The notes under the pieces were generated by a model, which searched no databases, was not told the origin of the DNA, and worked only from the letters and a program-made list of their open reading frames with translations. From the NCBI RefSeq assembly GCF_026571515.1, contig NW_026854319.1:62001-126000 (forward strand): a stretch of DNA of 64,000 nt, in the 5' to 3' direction. Positions 37,001-51,019 of this stretch are shown here, one piece after another (within the stretch, counting starts at the first letter, position 1; each line of letters starts with the position of its first letter). The position numbers were made by a program, and so were the translations under genes. Source of the DNA: Ruditapes philippinarum. Taxonomy: Eukaryota.

Positions 37001-37111
37001 TTTCGGTACTTATTTCCTGTTCCGTTAAGGTCTTCTCTTGTATACTATGGTTGCCGTCATTCTGTGTCGATGTCCTGGTTTTGTCAGTCTTGTTGTCATT
37101 TATTCGTTCAG

Positions 37112-37185
37112 TGGAGTAGCGGGGGATCGAACTCACGACCCCTTGATTTGTAGGCAGACAGTGTTACCACTGCACCATAGCGCCC
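37112..37185 (-). pseudogene. tRNA-derived Pol III head
   Basis: A box TGGTGCAGTGG, B box GAGTTCGATCCC. Acceptor stem does not pair. Confidence 0.7.
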
Positions 37186-39831
37186 GCTCTGAATAATAAC
37201 CATTTTTGAAAGTCCTTTATACTTTAAATACTATTTCAATGGCTAACAAAGGGTGTATTACAATTATATTTTAACACCTCTACTATGTAATCAACCCACG
37301 TGACTTTTATATATGGTCAAAGTAAATATTACTCGATTTATTACAAGTAATATTTTTATAGATAACTTTGCTGTTACTTTAAGATATCCTGGATTTATTG
37401 GAGGGTACCCGGAATTCTAATGTATATCAAATGATGTGATAATCTTCTTGTAGAATTTTCTCAAAACCGTGACTGAATTCCAAAATTTTCGAGAGCTGCC
37501 ATGGTAAAGCAAGCACACATAGCAATCTCCCAGTTTCAGACAATTTATGACTCTATGAAAATATGGTGTTGTTATTGTTGTTGTTGTTTTTAACTTTAAC
37601 TTTAAATTTCAAATTAAATAGTCACTTATTTTTAAACAAGATGGTAAACATTTGGTGTTTTCTGTAATTTTTGTTAAGAATGTGATGAAGTATACACTTC
37701 TAAGTTTAAGATGACTTTTTATCCATCGTATACCTTAATGCAGTTATAATTGAATCTAAAAAATGAATTATGCAGACATTATTTTCAGCAGAAAACAACA
37801 AATACAAAAAAAACCACACACAAAAAACTTACATGCAGCATACATGTGTAATGTTCACAATGTGCTGAAAAACGGCTCTTTATTAATTTCAATATTTCAG
37901 CAAGTTACACATTTTATAAATGAATGGGACAGAAATGTTGTTGTAACCTTTAAAAAGTAGGATTTGTAAAAATTTGTAAGTTGGCTATTTTTTACCTAGT
38001 TTGCTCAACACTCAAATAACACATTTTTATATATAAAACAACTTTCATAGATTGAGATAGATCCATAATGTCGTAGATATTTGGGTTACAACAGGAGTTT
38101 TTGATCCTGATAATGTTTTAAGTAGGAGAAACATATTCTTAAAATTTTGTACTGCCTTAATTCATTTTTTTAAATACATGCAATTATGTTATTATTATGT
38201 CTTTAGTTAATAGTTTCTAGAGAAAAGCCTTAACAAAGGTGGTATCTTTTATTTTATATATAAATTTTATAATGTGTCACATGTCGCCTTTAAAAAGATT
38301 TTGTGGTGATTTTGCGCATACTTAATCCCGCTTTTGCATGTTGGAACAACAATATTTTATTTGTTTGTATACACAGGCTAATTGCTTATTTTGTATAATC
38401 TTATTTTATTGACCTGTAAATTATGAATACATTACAGCACTCATTGAAATATTAGATTCCACTTCGATTTCGTTAGTAAAGTTTACGCGAATTAATAGAG
38501 GATATTTGTTTGTTTGTGTGTAAGATGAAATTTTATTTCATCGGGTGGGCTTTAAACAAGTGGCGTAGCCACGAGTGAGAATACTGTTCTTAAAGTTCAC
38601 GAGTATAGTAAACTATAAAACTAATGTTAGTGAAAGTCATATCTGCTAAAAATGTAAACGTTATCGTTACTACCGCAGTAGCATTGCCGGTTAAGTGATT
38701 GACTGATATGTGAGAGGTCTATGGTTCGATTCCTACTGTTTCCCTTTTTTAAGACCTACTGTTTTTTTTTTTGTTGTTTTTTTTTTTTTTTTTTTTTTTG
38801 GGGGGGGGGGGGCGTCGGGGTTGGTGGTAGGGGTGGGGTGGGGTAGTATATATTTTAAAACACTTTTGTCTCGGTCTGTGTTGTGTTTATGGCATTGAAA
38901 TGACATTTTTTGACATTTCAAAATAATTAAATTAAATATTAATTTTAAACCATAAATACTTTAATAAGTGCAAAATAAATGAAAACAAAATGAACAACTT
39001 AAAAAAAATCATAGCTACAAATAATGTTGAAAATAACGGAACACCTGAAGTGACATTTTCCACACTTTCTCCCGGAATTGAAATCGTTTTTACGAGATAA
39101 TAATTCCCAATTAGAAATATTATTTCGTTTTAACGAAATATAAAATCTTAATTACGAAATATTGATTCCTTATTACGAAATATTATTTCGTAATTACGAA
39201 ATATTAATTCGTTATTACGAAATATTAAGTTACGATATATTAATTTGTTATTATGAAATATTCATTCTTTGGTAAAATTTATAAAGAAGGATTTGAAACT
39301 AAGTTTATTGTTTAAAAAATATAAGTCAAGTAAACAAAACATAAAAAGTGATTTTTTTTTCAATCTTAGTCTTATACCGTAACGCGCTAGTAAAACAGTA
39401 CTGTATATTACTGTTTATTGAGCCATTGGGCTTATTATCGTTATATTTGGTGGCTAATCTCATTAAAATCTGATCATATTGAATAATCATTTGATTTTGA
39501 CAAGAATAATTAATTGCATCATATTGTATCATAGTTTTAATGACCTATTTAAGTATTTTTAAGCGGCCATTTTGAATTGACCTTTTGAAGGTCAAGGTCA
39601 ATTTTATTATCTTGGTATCCACCCTCATCGTCTTCAGCATACCCATATTAGGTTAAAACTCTCAAGATATTACTTGTACTATAAAATGCCTCTAGCATTC
39701 ATATTTTCTTAAAATCAGTCCTGTCTATAACATAATGTTTAAAGTTTTGTTAACAAAATTGACTCTTACTGCGTCAATAGTACAATTTTACCAAATGAGC
39801 GCTAGCGGTAAAAAAAAAACTTTGGCCTGGA

Positions 39832-40080
39832 CATAGGCACTCGATGGCAAATTTTTATTTTGATCTACTACCCGTTGTGACCGACTATCCGTCGTGAATT
39901 TTATAAACTTTTATTAATAATCAAACACTTATCAAATCAATAAAAATCTACTATAAATGTAATTTATATACATAGTAGATATATCTTTTCTTTTTTTAAA
40001 GACGTTTTGGCGATATATTTTTATTGATTTGATAAAAAGATTAATAGATCAAAATAAAATTTTGCCATCGAGTGCCTATG
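39832..40080. mobile_element. MITE with P-element-like ends
   Basis: ~35-bp TIR CATAGGCACTCGATGGCAAA, 8-bp TSD GGCCTGGA/GGCCTGAA. Confidence 0.8.
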
Positions 40081-41204
40081 GGCCTGAAATCAGTATCGGG
40101 TCAGGTCAGTAATTTGATTGGTAGTCTGGTTCCCTTCCTGCGTATAAACGTGGTGTAAGGGGAAAGAACTCCAGACTACACTGTTGGTAATTGGGTTTGA
40201 TTGTTTGTTGCTTTTTTTTTGTTTTAAATGATATAAATATATATGTATATATATAGATATTGGAGATGAAACTGAAAGAAAACGCAGGTCCGACGACGAC
40301 ACATCGAGTGAGGAAAATGATCAAGGTAAATTGATAAGATTTATTAAAGTGACATTAAGCTCATCTTTTTTATTGATAATGAAAAATGTTCAGGACAAAA
40401 TTATACTGTTGGTAGTCTGCCTACATTTACTGAAGTGTAAGGGGAGGGAACTCCATACTATACTGTTAGTAACTGGGTTGGTTGGTTGGTTTGTTTGTTT
40501 GTTTGTTTGTTTGGTGTTGTTTTTTGTGTCTTTTGGTGGAATAGTTTTTGGTATTTTGATATTGAAATCCCTAACACTTCTCAATTCAATGCATGGCTGA
40601 TCCATAACACAAATTTGGTACGTTCAGGGTTAACACAACTTTGTCACTTATGTAAAATCAGGCCAGCATTGTTAATGTGTAAAGGGCGTTTTGATTACAC
40701 GAAAAAAATTTTTTTTATATGAAATTCATATTTATGTACTGTCAAATTGTTAACATCTGCATGTACACTGCGTTTATCACTCACTGTTTTTATTTACTTA
40801 TAGTGGATGATGGGAATAGAGAGACAAATACTCGCGGTGTTCATAAAAATCAACAAAAGAAACGGAGAATTATTTGGTCATGAAGCACAAAAAAACTATC
40901 TCAGATTAATTAAATCTGGTTATATTATGGTAATATCACATTTAGTGAATTCGTTCATGATGTTGTAAAAATGTTAATCAAAGTGTCTACAAAAAGAACG
41001 AAAATCAAAGAAAGACTATGTATATGAATCGCGACAATTTGTAATTTATTGAAAATATTATACTGTGTACAGATTTTGTTAGGGAACAATGTTTTTAATA
41101 TTAACAAAATGTTTATTTCTAACACATTTTGTAAATAATTTTTATACATAACCACTTTTGTATATAAGTATTCTGTATCAATGTATAGTGTCAGACTCGA
41201 ATCT

Positions 41205-41380
41205 TTCATGGGTGGAGGCGACCAGCCAAGCTTACGGAACCAGGTGGTGTTACTTAGGTGCTCGCCCCTGCCTAATATAACACAAAAATGATATCAGTGG
41301 TCTTCTTCGCCCATTGAAGCCGAAAAGGTCATAGTTCACTGAACAAGTTCCATTTCAGTGGAAGTGTAGCGTAAAACACA
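41205..41380 (+). mobile_element. Degenerate SINE central-domain fragment
   Basis: gcttacggaac..gtggtgttactt aggtgctcgcc motif, recalled from mollusc SINEs and not verified. Confidence 0.4.
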
Positions 41381-43004
41381 CCCCTGAAATAGAACATTTT
41401 GTCTGAAATAGAAGTGGGTGCTTTTCAATTATCTGTATTCTATTTGTTCTACAAACATATAACTTACCATGTTATCTAATATTACAATAGCTGGAAAACA
41501 TTTGTGTAAGTTTAACGCAAAACGAAAACGCCTGATAGTCATTTAAATCTAAAAAAAAAAGGCATTGCCGACAAATTCAAGGCCGTAATCTGATATTTTA
41601 TGTAATATTAATGTAAAACTTGGTATAACATCGTCATAATACATAACTCGTAAGAAATGTGTTGCTATTGTAATACTAAAAGTTGTTTGTTTAAATTTGC
41701 ATGATTTTCTCGTGCTCATAGATCTTTTCAGATAATTATTTGGCTTTTCACTACATGTTTTAAGTAGACCAATACACACGCGTAGTCAAGATGGTATAGG
41801 GAGTTAAATATAGAAATTCAAACCTATTATTAAAGTTGGATTTACCTCCCTTCGGTATCCGGAAAAAAAGTCATATTAGTAATGTATTTTACAGATTTTT
41901 TCAAATCAGAACATGAAAAGATGATTTTTTTTTTTGCTAAAGTATACAATACTATCCAAGCATACGAGATATATTTCAACATCTTCATAAGTAATGAATA
42001 TTTTACCCCCAAGATTTTTTATATTATTATATAATACAAGCTTATAGTATATTATTTGCATAAATTAGTTTTTATTAATTATCTGTTTAGATATTTTATA
42101 TCTTAATATCGGACCGCGATATGATGACATTTTTTCTTCTTCTTTAATCAAGCCATGCTATTAAAAAAATTGTCTTGACAATGCCCGACATCATTTTGAT
42201 ACCCGAACAAATGTATATAAACAAATCTTGTATTAAAATGCTGTCGAATTTGGCGACGACGATTATATATATTTATATATAATAAAACGTACTAGAAGTA
42301 GATCAGATTCAACTTTAATATATCTTGGTATGCAAATTGTAAAATGCGCGTTTTCGTTGCAATATTTTTATCTAAAAAAACGTAAACATAGAAGAAAATA
42401 TTTGAATAAATAACAAACGTTAAAGATTTGATTTAATAAAATCCTAAAATTCTATTCTGTTTTATTCTAATAAAAGGAATAAAAGTAAAAGTAGATTTCT
42501 TATGGTGATCCATAAAGCAGGTACATGTATTCCGCACTCTGATAATGCTTGAATTCCTCTTCTATATCACAAAAACATCTTTGCGTGTTTAAAAACGATA
42601 TCAATATTGTTTAACAAAGATTTATTGCCGTTTGACCATAGGTTATACCTATCAGCACATGGAAACTATCTAAACAAAGGAACAATTCATTTTGTATTTG
42701 ATATAAGTAGGTAAAATGAAATCTGCTTCAATTTTGCTCTTTTTTCTGTTTTAATTTTACAGAAAACATGATTATTTTCTATCACCACCCTATTACATTA
42801 ATCAAAGCACAGAAGGCGCTGAATTTGTTTGGGTCTTAGAATGTCAGAAAGGTGAAGGTTGTGAGATTATAAACCAATTTGATTTTGTATAGTGCCATCA
42901 ATGCTGTTTCCAGCGTTTTAATTGCAGTAAATTGGCTATAAGACTAATTGCAACAACGTTATTCAATTCAATGTTTATTTGACTTAAACAATTAAAAAAA
43001 ATGA

Positions 43005-43079
43005 GTGGCTTTGACTGGGATTTGAACTCCAGACCTCTCGCTTCCTAAGTGAGCGTGCAAACCCCTCGCCCATGGTGAA
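43005..43079 (-). pseudogene. tRNA-Pro(AGG)-like pseudogene or SINE head
   Basis: ctcacttaggaagcgagaggtctggagttcaaatccc resembles the tRNA-Pro anticodon and T arms. T8 follows; acceptor stem is broken. Confidence 0.6.
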
Positions 43080-45914
43080 GTCTTATGAACACGGCCTGAA
43101 GAAAACGACATTATTCTAAATTAGGGTTTGTAACCCTTATTATTTTGAAACAGATGTAAATAATCATGGAGCTTACTATAAGCATGTATATCTATAAAGA
43201 ATAAAACAATATCAAAATTCTTCGACCATTCGGAAACTATTTTGCTTGAAAATTAATGCGCCTGTCATTTGACAATCTTTACGCATTGATCTCCCCTGAA
43301 TTTTTTTGGCGTTAGTGTACATATAAAGGGAAGTAACCGCTTCAGAAAAGTGGACTACTTTCGGCATTTGCAATTAACAGCATCAGGGTCTGAAAATTCG
43401 CTACCATTATTTGTTTGGTCTGACGACCCAAACAAATAAAAATTGCACATTTCATGTTTCGTGCCGTGTGGGAGGAGAGCAGAAATACGAAGGTTTGAAA
43501 ACACTGTTTGCCGTGTTGACAGCTTCCTTCACTGCTTAGGTTTGGTTTGAAACGCGAAAACGCGGCCAAAAAGCTTTTTGCTTTTCCGCCTTGAAAACAC
43601 GCACATACAAAATGGAGCGAATCAGACACCATAGTTTCATGTTTAAATCTATAAACCACGTTATTATTTTTAGAAAACAATTTAATTCCTTTATTTTTGA
43701 AGTGACAATGGCATTAAATCATGAAATATAAACTTAATTAAATCATTCTCGAACTTAACCACACTGGTGTCGCGTGAGCAAAATATATTCATGGTTTGGG
43801 TAGAGCTACCATATCCCTTGTTTTGGCTGATATCACAAGGTCATCTCTTCTATAAAAGCTCAAAAGTGTCCAATATTATCTATCAAATCCGAAGAAACAT
43901 TTACAAAACTGTATGGTTACTATTAAGTACAAAGTATATTTTCATCATAATCTATGTTGCATCATCAATAAATCTTTGACTTAATTGACAGGCAATGTTC
44001 ATGTCACACGTTTATTGTGTAAATAAAACTGGATTATCACGTAAAGAAATTCAATATTTGCAACATTTGTTCTATGAAAAGTTTAATAATTAATTTACTT
44101 TTAAAATGTTCGGAAAATCTGAATTGATTGAACATCAGTATATGCTACAATGCCTTTTTACAAACATTAATTAATCATTTATTACAAAGGGAACAATAGC
44201 TTGTTGATGATACAGTATTTGTCGTTTTTGTGTTTATCAATTTTATTTAATGATAAACTGTTAAGAATGAAAACATTTTAAATGATATGTTAAGTTCAGA
44301 ATTCAAGACATTTAAAATGAAATGGTTTTGTATAAGTATTCGGTATATTTCATTTTAAAGTACTTTTCTAATTATTCAGCTAGAAGTTGTTGTTTTTGTT
44401 GTTGTTTGTTTTGTTGTTGTTGTTGTTGTTGTTCTTTTTTATATAAAATTGTTCTTGTATGGCCTGATGTACGCTACATTTATAGTTTAACATTTATTTG
44501 CAACATTATTCATTGTTTGGGCTGTTATACACGTATATACATGTATATACCAAAAAATACAAAATCAGATTATTGAACGCGGACAATCTTGTGCGGCCGG
44601 ACATTTTGTCTGACAAATATGTATTTTATATGCTAATACATGATATTTGAGACACCTCGGGAGATATGAGAGGATGGTATATGTATTATATCAGCTGAAA
44701 TAATTTATATACTAGATTTAAATTAAAACATTTTAAAGTCATTCCGAAAGGTATAATTAAACATGAAGTGACAAAATCGGATATCTTAACTAATATGAGA
44801 AAAATGGATAGAAAAAAGGACAATATAAATGTAATACGACTCCGCCTTACTTAATATACTTGTAGTCATTTTAATGTGTTTGAATATATTTGATATTCGA
44901 GTTTTTATGTTTTGAAAACAAGGCTTTTTTCCGATCCATTATTTGCATCAACATCTTTTAACGGTAATAGTTGATGCAACAAATAAATTAAAAAAATATG
45001 TTTGTTTGGTTTTTTTATTGTTTTTTTTTCTTTTTTATTGTTTTTTCTCTTGAAATGGTTATGTACAACTCCCAGCACTACATAAAAAACTATAGTAAAT
45101 ACTAAACATTCTAAAGTCTAACGTTTGCCCTCTGCACATAGAATGTCTTAACACTGTATCAAAACCATGACTTATTTGTAATGTAAATTTTTATTCAAGC
45201 AGAATGCAGGTTTTGCAAACTGTTTCAAGCCATTTTGAATAAATTCATCTAAAAAAAACTACTTATTTTGTTTCACCGCCATTTTACTACCCGGTGATAG
45301 CGTACAATGAACCAAGTTGTCATTTTTACAAGACCCAGCAGGGTGAGTCTATCGGTTTCAAACTGTCAAAAGAACAGAGTTAAAATCGTGTGTTATTATT
45401 TTGTCACCTAACTTGATGGCTTTATTCAAAACTAAGCGTTACCATGGCGGAAGGAAATACTTTAAGTCTTCTCCAGACATCCGATTTAAATGACTTGTAT
45501 TGGGTATGATATTTTCGTGAATAATTTGAACATGTGCTTCAAATTCCTACAATAAGCCAAAGTTTGTCATATTATATAATAAACCAACAGTTTTGCCACC
45601 TTTGTCTTGCTGGCAAGGTGTATGGAAAGTCAATGTTCCATTCTCTAAAGTCTGTATGTGTGTACAACATGGTTATGTTAGACTGCCAATTGATTATGCA
45701 AGACATTGCATAGTACGTTTTTGGTTACTGTAAGTCCACTAAATTCATTGTAAGTGGCTTTTCCATTAAAAGTTACTACATAAATAACATAGTAACTCAA
45801 ACAAGTTAGAACAAAATGGGGAAAAGTTTGCATGATTTGATGACTGGGATTTGTGAAACTCAACAGCAAATCTTCATAACAATATTATTTGATATGAATC
45901 GCATTTTCAAAAAG

Positions 45915-45954
45915 AAAAGTCAAAACACAAAGTTCGGGTTTTAGCACTTTTATT
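45915..45954 (-). terminator. Candidate engrailed polyadenylation site
   Basis: AATAAA (45954-45949) followed by GU/U-rich ctttgtgttttgacttttc, about 1.15 kb after the stop codon. Confidence 0.4.
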
Positions 45955-47092
45955 GTCGGGGACTGTTACTCGCCTGATTCCAGAAATAAACAAAGGATGC
46001 AATACAAAAGACGATGACAAAAATAGATATGTTATCAATGTTGTTCTGTTCTAATTAACACAAATATTTGCCATATTTTGAATAAAGAAATGCTAAAGTA
46101 TATGTTACATAATAATTTAACAAGATGTTGTGTTTGTTTAATCTCATTTATACTGGGGGTAAAGATATATCTATTTTAAATAAACTCCCTATGTTTGATG
46201 CAATGTTATTTTTCACTTCTTAAATACAAAAAAGTATATAATAAGAAAGGAAAACGGATATTTTTCACAGCAGTCAAGACTTAAAGCAAAATTGTAGTGA
46301 TCAAATGCCTTTAAAATTAAAATAAATGCTACTTTTTTTATAAAAATGAAAATGATGCTTTTCAAAAAAGTTCATTAGAAAATGTAATTTTTTTTGTTGA
46401 AAAATAACTGAGAAATCTGAAAAGTCCTGTACATTAAATAATTAGATTTCTGTTGGCCGAGGCAATTACTGTCTTTCAATCATTTCACAACAATTATAAA
46501 AAAAATGGATGCCATCTTTTTTTGTAGATAATAAAAAGTACCGTCTGCTGAATCAGAGAGTCTGGAAACGATGTCGTTCAGAAATCAAACGTGTGTACTT
46601 TTAGTGTCTTTTACTATGAACTAGAAGACTTAAAAGAGTAACATATAAATATATTCTAGAACGTAGGAACTACATAAATAAATTACAGAGAAATGTTGCA
46701 AGTTACTGGGTCAATATTATTTGGAATTCGTAGTCCGTGAATATTTACATTTTACACGTGTTATTTGGATACTTCAAGCGTAAAGATGTGAAATTTATAC
46801 AAACGGAAAATATTTTACAAATCGAAATTCTTTGGACAAGTGTTGTCATAGGATAGTAATGCGTAGCATTTTCGTTATGAGACATGTGACGTCATTGGTT
46901 ACCATGACTACGCATCTATATCCGGGTAAGTGCCGGCATGAATTGTCATGAAATCAGACCTTTGCACTTTTTCATGTTCAACTAACATTCAATTAAAACA
47001 TTTCGTAGTTAATTAATTGATTATTCCATCCGCTGTACATGATACGATGATCAATGTCACAAGTGTCACGTGATGTGACGTCATCTGAAACG

Positions 47093-47400
47093 TCATGCTT
47101 CAAGTTTGACCGGAACTGTTTTGTGATTGTATAGTCCTTGTGCAATAAGCTCCATTGCAAGTCCGTTCTTGTCTCCGGTACATTTCTTTATCTTTGCTCT
47201 CTTATTTTGGAACCAGATCTTTATCTGTGATTCATTTAAGTTTAATTCACGTGCAAGCTGTTGTCGTCTGCTCTCAGACAAATATTTATTAGCCTCAAAT
47301 TCATCTTTAAGTTTTCGGAGCTGTTCGGTTGTGAACGCTGTTCTTGGTCTTTTTTCGTCGACTGTCTTCTCTTTTCGCTTAAGCTTTCTTGAACGTGGAC
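47093..47400 (-). CDS. en: engrailed homeobox gene, exon 2 (EH3, homeodomain, EH5)
   Basis: tttcag acceptor. PRSRKLK...[13 protein letters not shown]...[15 protein letters not shown]...[13 protein letters not shown]. Confidence 0.98.
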
Positions 47401-50299
47401 CTGAAATGATAAAAAAAATTGTTTGAATCTAACTGCTTTTTCTTGTTCATCTATTTTAACTATATCAAATGGACTTTTCGTAATGTAGATGTAAATACAT
47501 GACATAATTTTTAACATCTGTTCATTAGTGCAACCACACATGTTTGCACTTATTTAAAATAAACTTTTGATTAATTAAATTTGTCGATTTGCAAATTTTG
47601 GTCTACCGAAAATCGTTGAACTTTTCATTGGATAAAAAATGCAGAAGTTTTATTTGATCTTAAAATGACCAAACCGCATCAAAAGAGATACATAGACTTA
47701 AAAATGATAATCGATAAGGTGATTAATTAATTGAAACGCTTTTAATTTCACGATTAAAGCAATTAAATGACGGAAGTCAACTTGGCAATAAAATCCTGAC
47801 GTATACATGTAAATATAGACCTCAAAATTGACTGTCGATCGTACCGAAGAATTACCCTGACAAATATATGTGTGTGTTACTTGTTAACAAGCTAGGGCAG
47901 TCAACAAAGTAATAAAAAAGAGAACTTTTTCGTCGGCTAACAGGCGAACTAATTTGCGAACTATCCATCAAATCGCGATACAAATATTTTTCCGGAAAGG
48001 TCTTAATTCTCTAAATCGTTAAATGACAGAAAACATTATTCAAGAGCATATTTTATGTCTAACTAGCCTTACTTGTAATATATCTGTAAGATTTTCACAC
48101 AAGATTCCCCCTGTAAATTGACTCGATCCCTGACCTTATGACACGGGTCTGCACGGGGTTTAGAGAGGGCGCTTTTTATTTTCCCCTATTCACATCGATT
48201 GCAATCTTATATTTTTTTGTCTTCTTTATGAAGTAAATTCTTTATAAACTATAAAACTGTAAATTACAAACGCACGTTAAAATGAGATAAATCTGTTGAT
48301 AGGTGCAAGATGCTTGCCCTGAAATATGACACCCCCACATCAGTCCCTTTTGCTTCGCGATAATAAATTTTTATGAGGTACCAAAACGAAAAAAGAAGAT
48401 TTAAGTTTTCTTGAAACCAAAGAAAACAAAGCCCATCATGATATTTACATGATGCAAATAATAATGTAAGCAATTAATATTATTAATATTATCTATATAC
48501 AACTGCGCGCATTTTAAAGAAGTTAATATCAAAAATATGAAATATGACTCTTTCTAAAATATTTTCTAAAAAAATGGCTAACTATTTCTCTTTTATTTAA
48601 CGGCAATGTTTTGAGTTTGAATCATCGGTCTGCACATAATCATTTACTTTTTAACCAAAAAAATCAAAGCCGAAATAGTTCACATAATTATACGCTTTTA
48701 TTTCGCTTCATTTTTTATATTATAAGTAAGTTCCGACTAGCCACCATAACATTATTTTTCGTATGTAAATTGAATTTGCTCTTAAGCTTTCTTATGCTCA
48801 TATCCAAAACAAAGATAATTTATTTGACACATATATATGTTGCCTAGATTTTCATTAAAATAATAATAGTTATAATTATAAATTTTAACATTTTTTTGTC
48901 CTTTTTATTAATTTTTAGCTTCATTATTTGAAAGAAAACCCTGAAAATCGAAGACAATATCATAGTTCCTTATATATTCTTTTTTTTTTTTTTGCATTTT
49001 ACGTTACAATTAAACGTAGGTTGCAATGATAATATACAACTAACATATTATAAATAATATAGATTTATTAGCAAAAATGTATATATTTCCTTATTTTTTT
49101 ATATACATAATATATAAATTTCGAACGGTTGTACAAACTTCAACGCTTAATTTAAACAGTAGAGTTAACTTAACAGTTCTTGAAAACTCAACCGATTATT
49201 TTATAGATTTCTTTCGATAATTTTGAAACAAAGTCGATCTAATATCGATACAATATCGATACAAATATCTAATATATTACAACGATATGTTTCCTAATCA
49301 TAGTACTTGATCTTTATTAAAATCTCAAAGTTATATTTCAAGATTTGCGCTAAGATAGTGTGGGTTTTTTATGAAAGAAAATGATAAAAATTGTAATGTC
49401 TTCCAAATTTCCTGGAAAAGTCTACTTTTTGAAAGTTTGGTGCTAGAAGATCCGCTTAGAACTTAAGATTTCATGGAAAACGGTTTCACAATAAAGATAA
49501 GTTCAGATCAAGAATAATCAAGTTCAATATTGCATTTTCTCGATGAAGCCACTGAATTTTATTTAAATATATTAAGATTCGTGGCTTCATATATATTCCA
49601 ATAAACCTTTGCAAATGTTATCCATTGGATATTACAATTTTAAAATAACCACTACAATGTACAACTTAATTGTTCTCGTGTAAATCATACAGAAATACCC
49701 CTTTAATTGTTCACCACAGAATGCTGTCTTTAACCATAGTGACATAGGAATGCTACTAATTAAAGAGAAACTCTCTGTTTAACAATTTGTTCAACCTTTT
49801 GTCAGAAACATACAATTATACCCATAAAGCATTTCTAACATATCTTTATATGACACAAACTAGATATGTTCTGTTAATCTTTATCTCTGTTGCAAATACA
49901 AATAATTTCCATGTAACGCTATTTGCCAAACATTTATATATATAGAATTCATTCGGATTTTTTTTTGAGAAGTGATTGTGTGATGGGGTTTTGTTTTTGA
50001 TTTCAAACAAGATTTCATAACAATGAAAAGAAGATAACAAAATAGCGTTACACCCGATGCTTGTAATAATGCAATACGTGCTCAATAATCTTCTTTATCA
50101 AAAAAATAATGATGATGCTTTTGATCTAATATTGATAAAGAACAATCGAACTATATGTAGACAGTTCCTTTACTAATAGGTAGGCAAAGTATTTTTGAAA
50201 ACAATTTTAACGTACAAAAGTTTGATTTAAGATATTAGAAAAGATGCAAGCAGAACATGTGTAAGATTTTATCTGTTAAAAATCTTTAAATTTAATTAC

Positions 50300-50876
50300 C
50301 TGCAGAAGGTCTGTCGGAATATCTTGTACAGTATACCCAAGCCGGCCATAACTTTTCATCTTGTTGTTTTTGCCCAGACTCTGAGTTTGGACTCGAGCCC
50401 GGACTGCCGGCTGGGCTGGTCGCCGGACTGCTTTTAATACTTTCTCCGTCGGAACCACATGATTCCCGCCGGGAATCAGAACTTGTATTATGAATGTCTT
50501 TATTTTTCACTTCTAAATTGAGTCCATAACTTGTAGTTTGTTTCAATAAACTGTTTGGACTGTGAAGTCCTTTATCTTGGAGACTAGTGCAATGTTTGTT
50601 TAACACAAAATTATGACAAGTTTTTGGTGAAAAAGCACTGAACTGTAATCCTAGATGATGTAATGACTGCGCAGTCCACGTGTGTAAATCTGCTAAATGT
50701 AAACTGTTCGTTTGTCCGTATGTATTTTTGTCTTTCGATAGATTTAAAACACCTGTGGTCAATTGTTTATTTCCAAACCCCGGTTTCAGAATTTCTGAAA
50801 TACTGAAGTTAGTAAAATTTTCATCCTGCTCGTGCGATTCCATATTTCTCGAAGAATTTATCTCTTCCTCTTTCAT
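50300..50876 (-). CDS. en: engrailed homeobox gene, exon 1
   Basis: EH1 motif TNFSISEILKPGFG, EH2 motif WPAWVYCTRYSDRPSAG, donor G|gtaatt. First ATG at 50876. Confidence 0.97.
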
Positions 50877-51019
50877 CAATTATTTTATGAACACTATATT
50901 TTATAACTTTCGTAACATTCAAGCTGAAGAGGCGTAAGTTAAGTGATCTAAAATTGAAAAGTCAACCGATGATATTTAATCCATAGAGACTATCGTTTAG
51001 TTTGATTAACCGCATCTAC

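Larger units (their letters stand above)
35403..39727. mobile_element. Non-autonomous TIR element copy 2 (Academ-like)
   Basis: TAGACAGGACTGA...TCAGTCCTGTCTA with 3-bp TSD TAA. Inserted about 48 bp after the predicted gene B stop. Superfamily is tentative. Confidence 0.8.

Noticed and set aside
36028-37153. ORFs up to 263 aa that look like membrane proteins
   Set aside because: Translations of the same minisatellite.
43005-43079. Functional tRNA genes (also 21888-21965 and 37112-37185)
   Set aside because: Acceptor stems do not pair, so they are treated as tRNA-derived.
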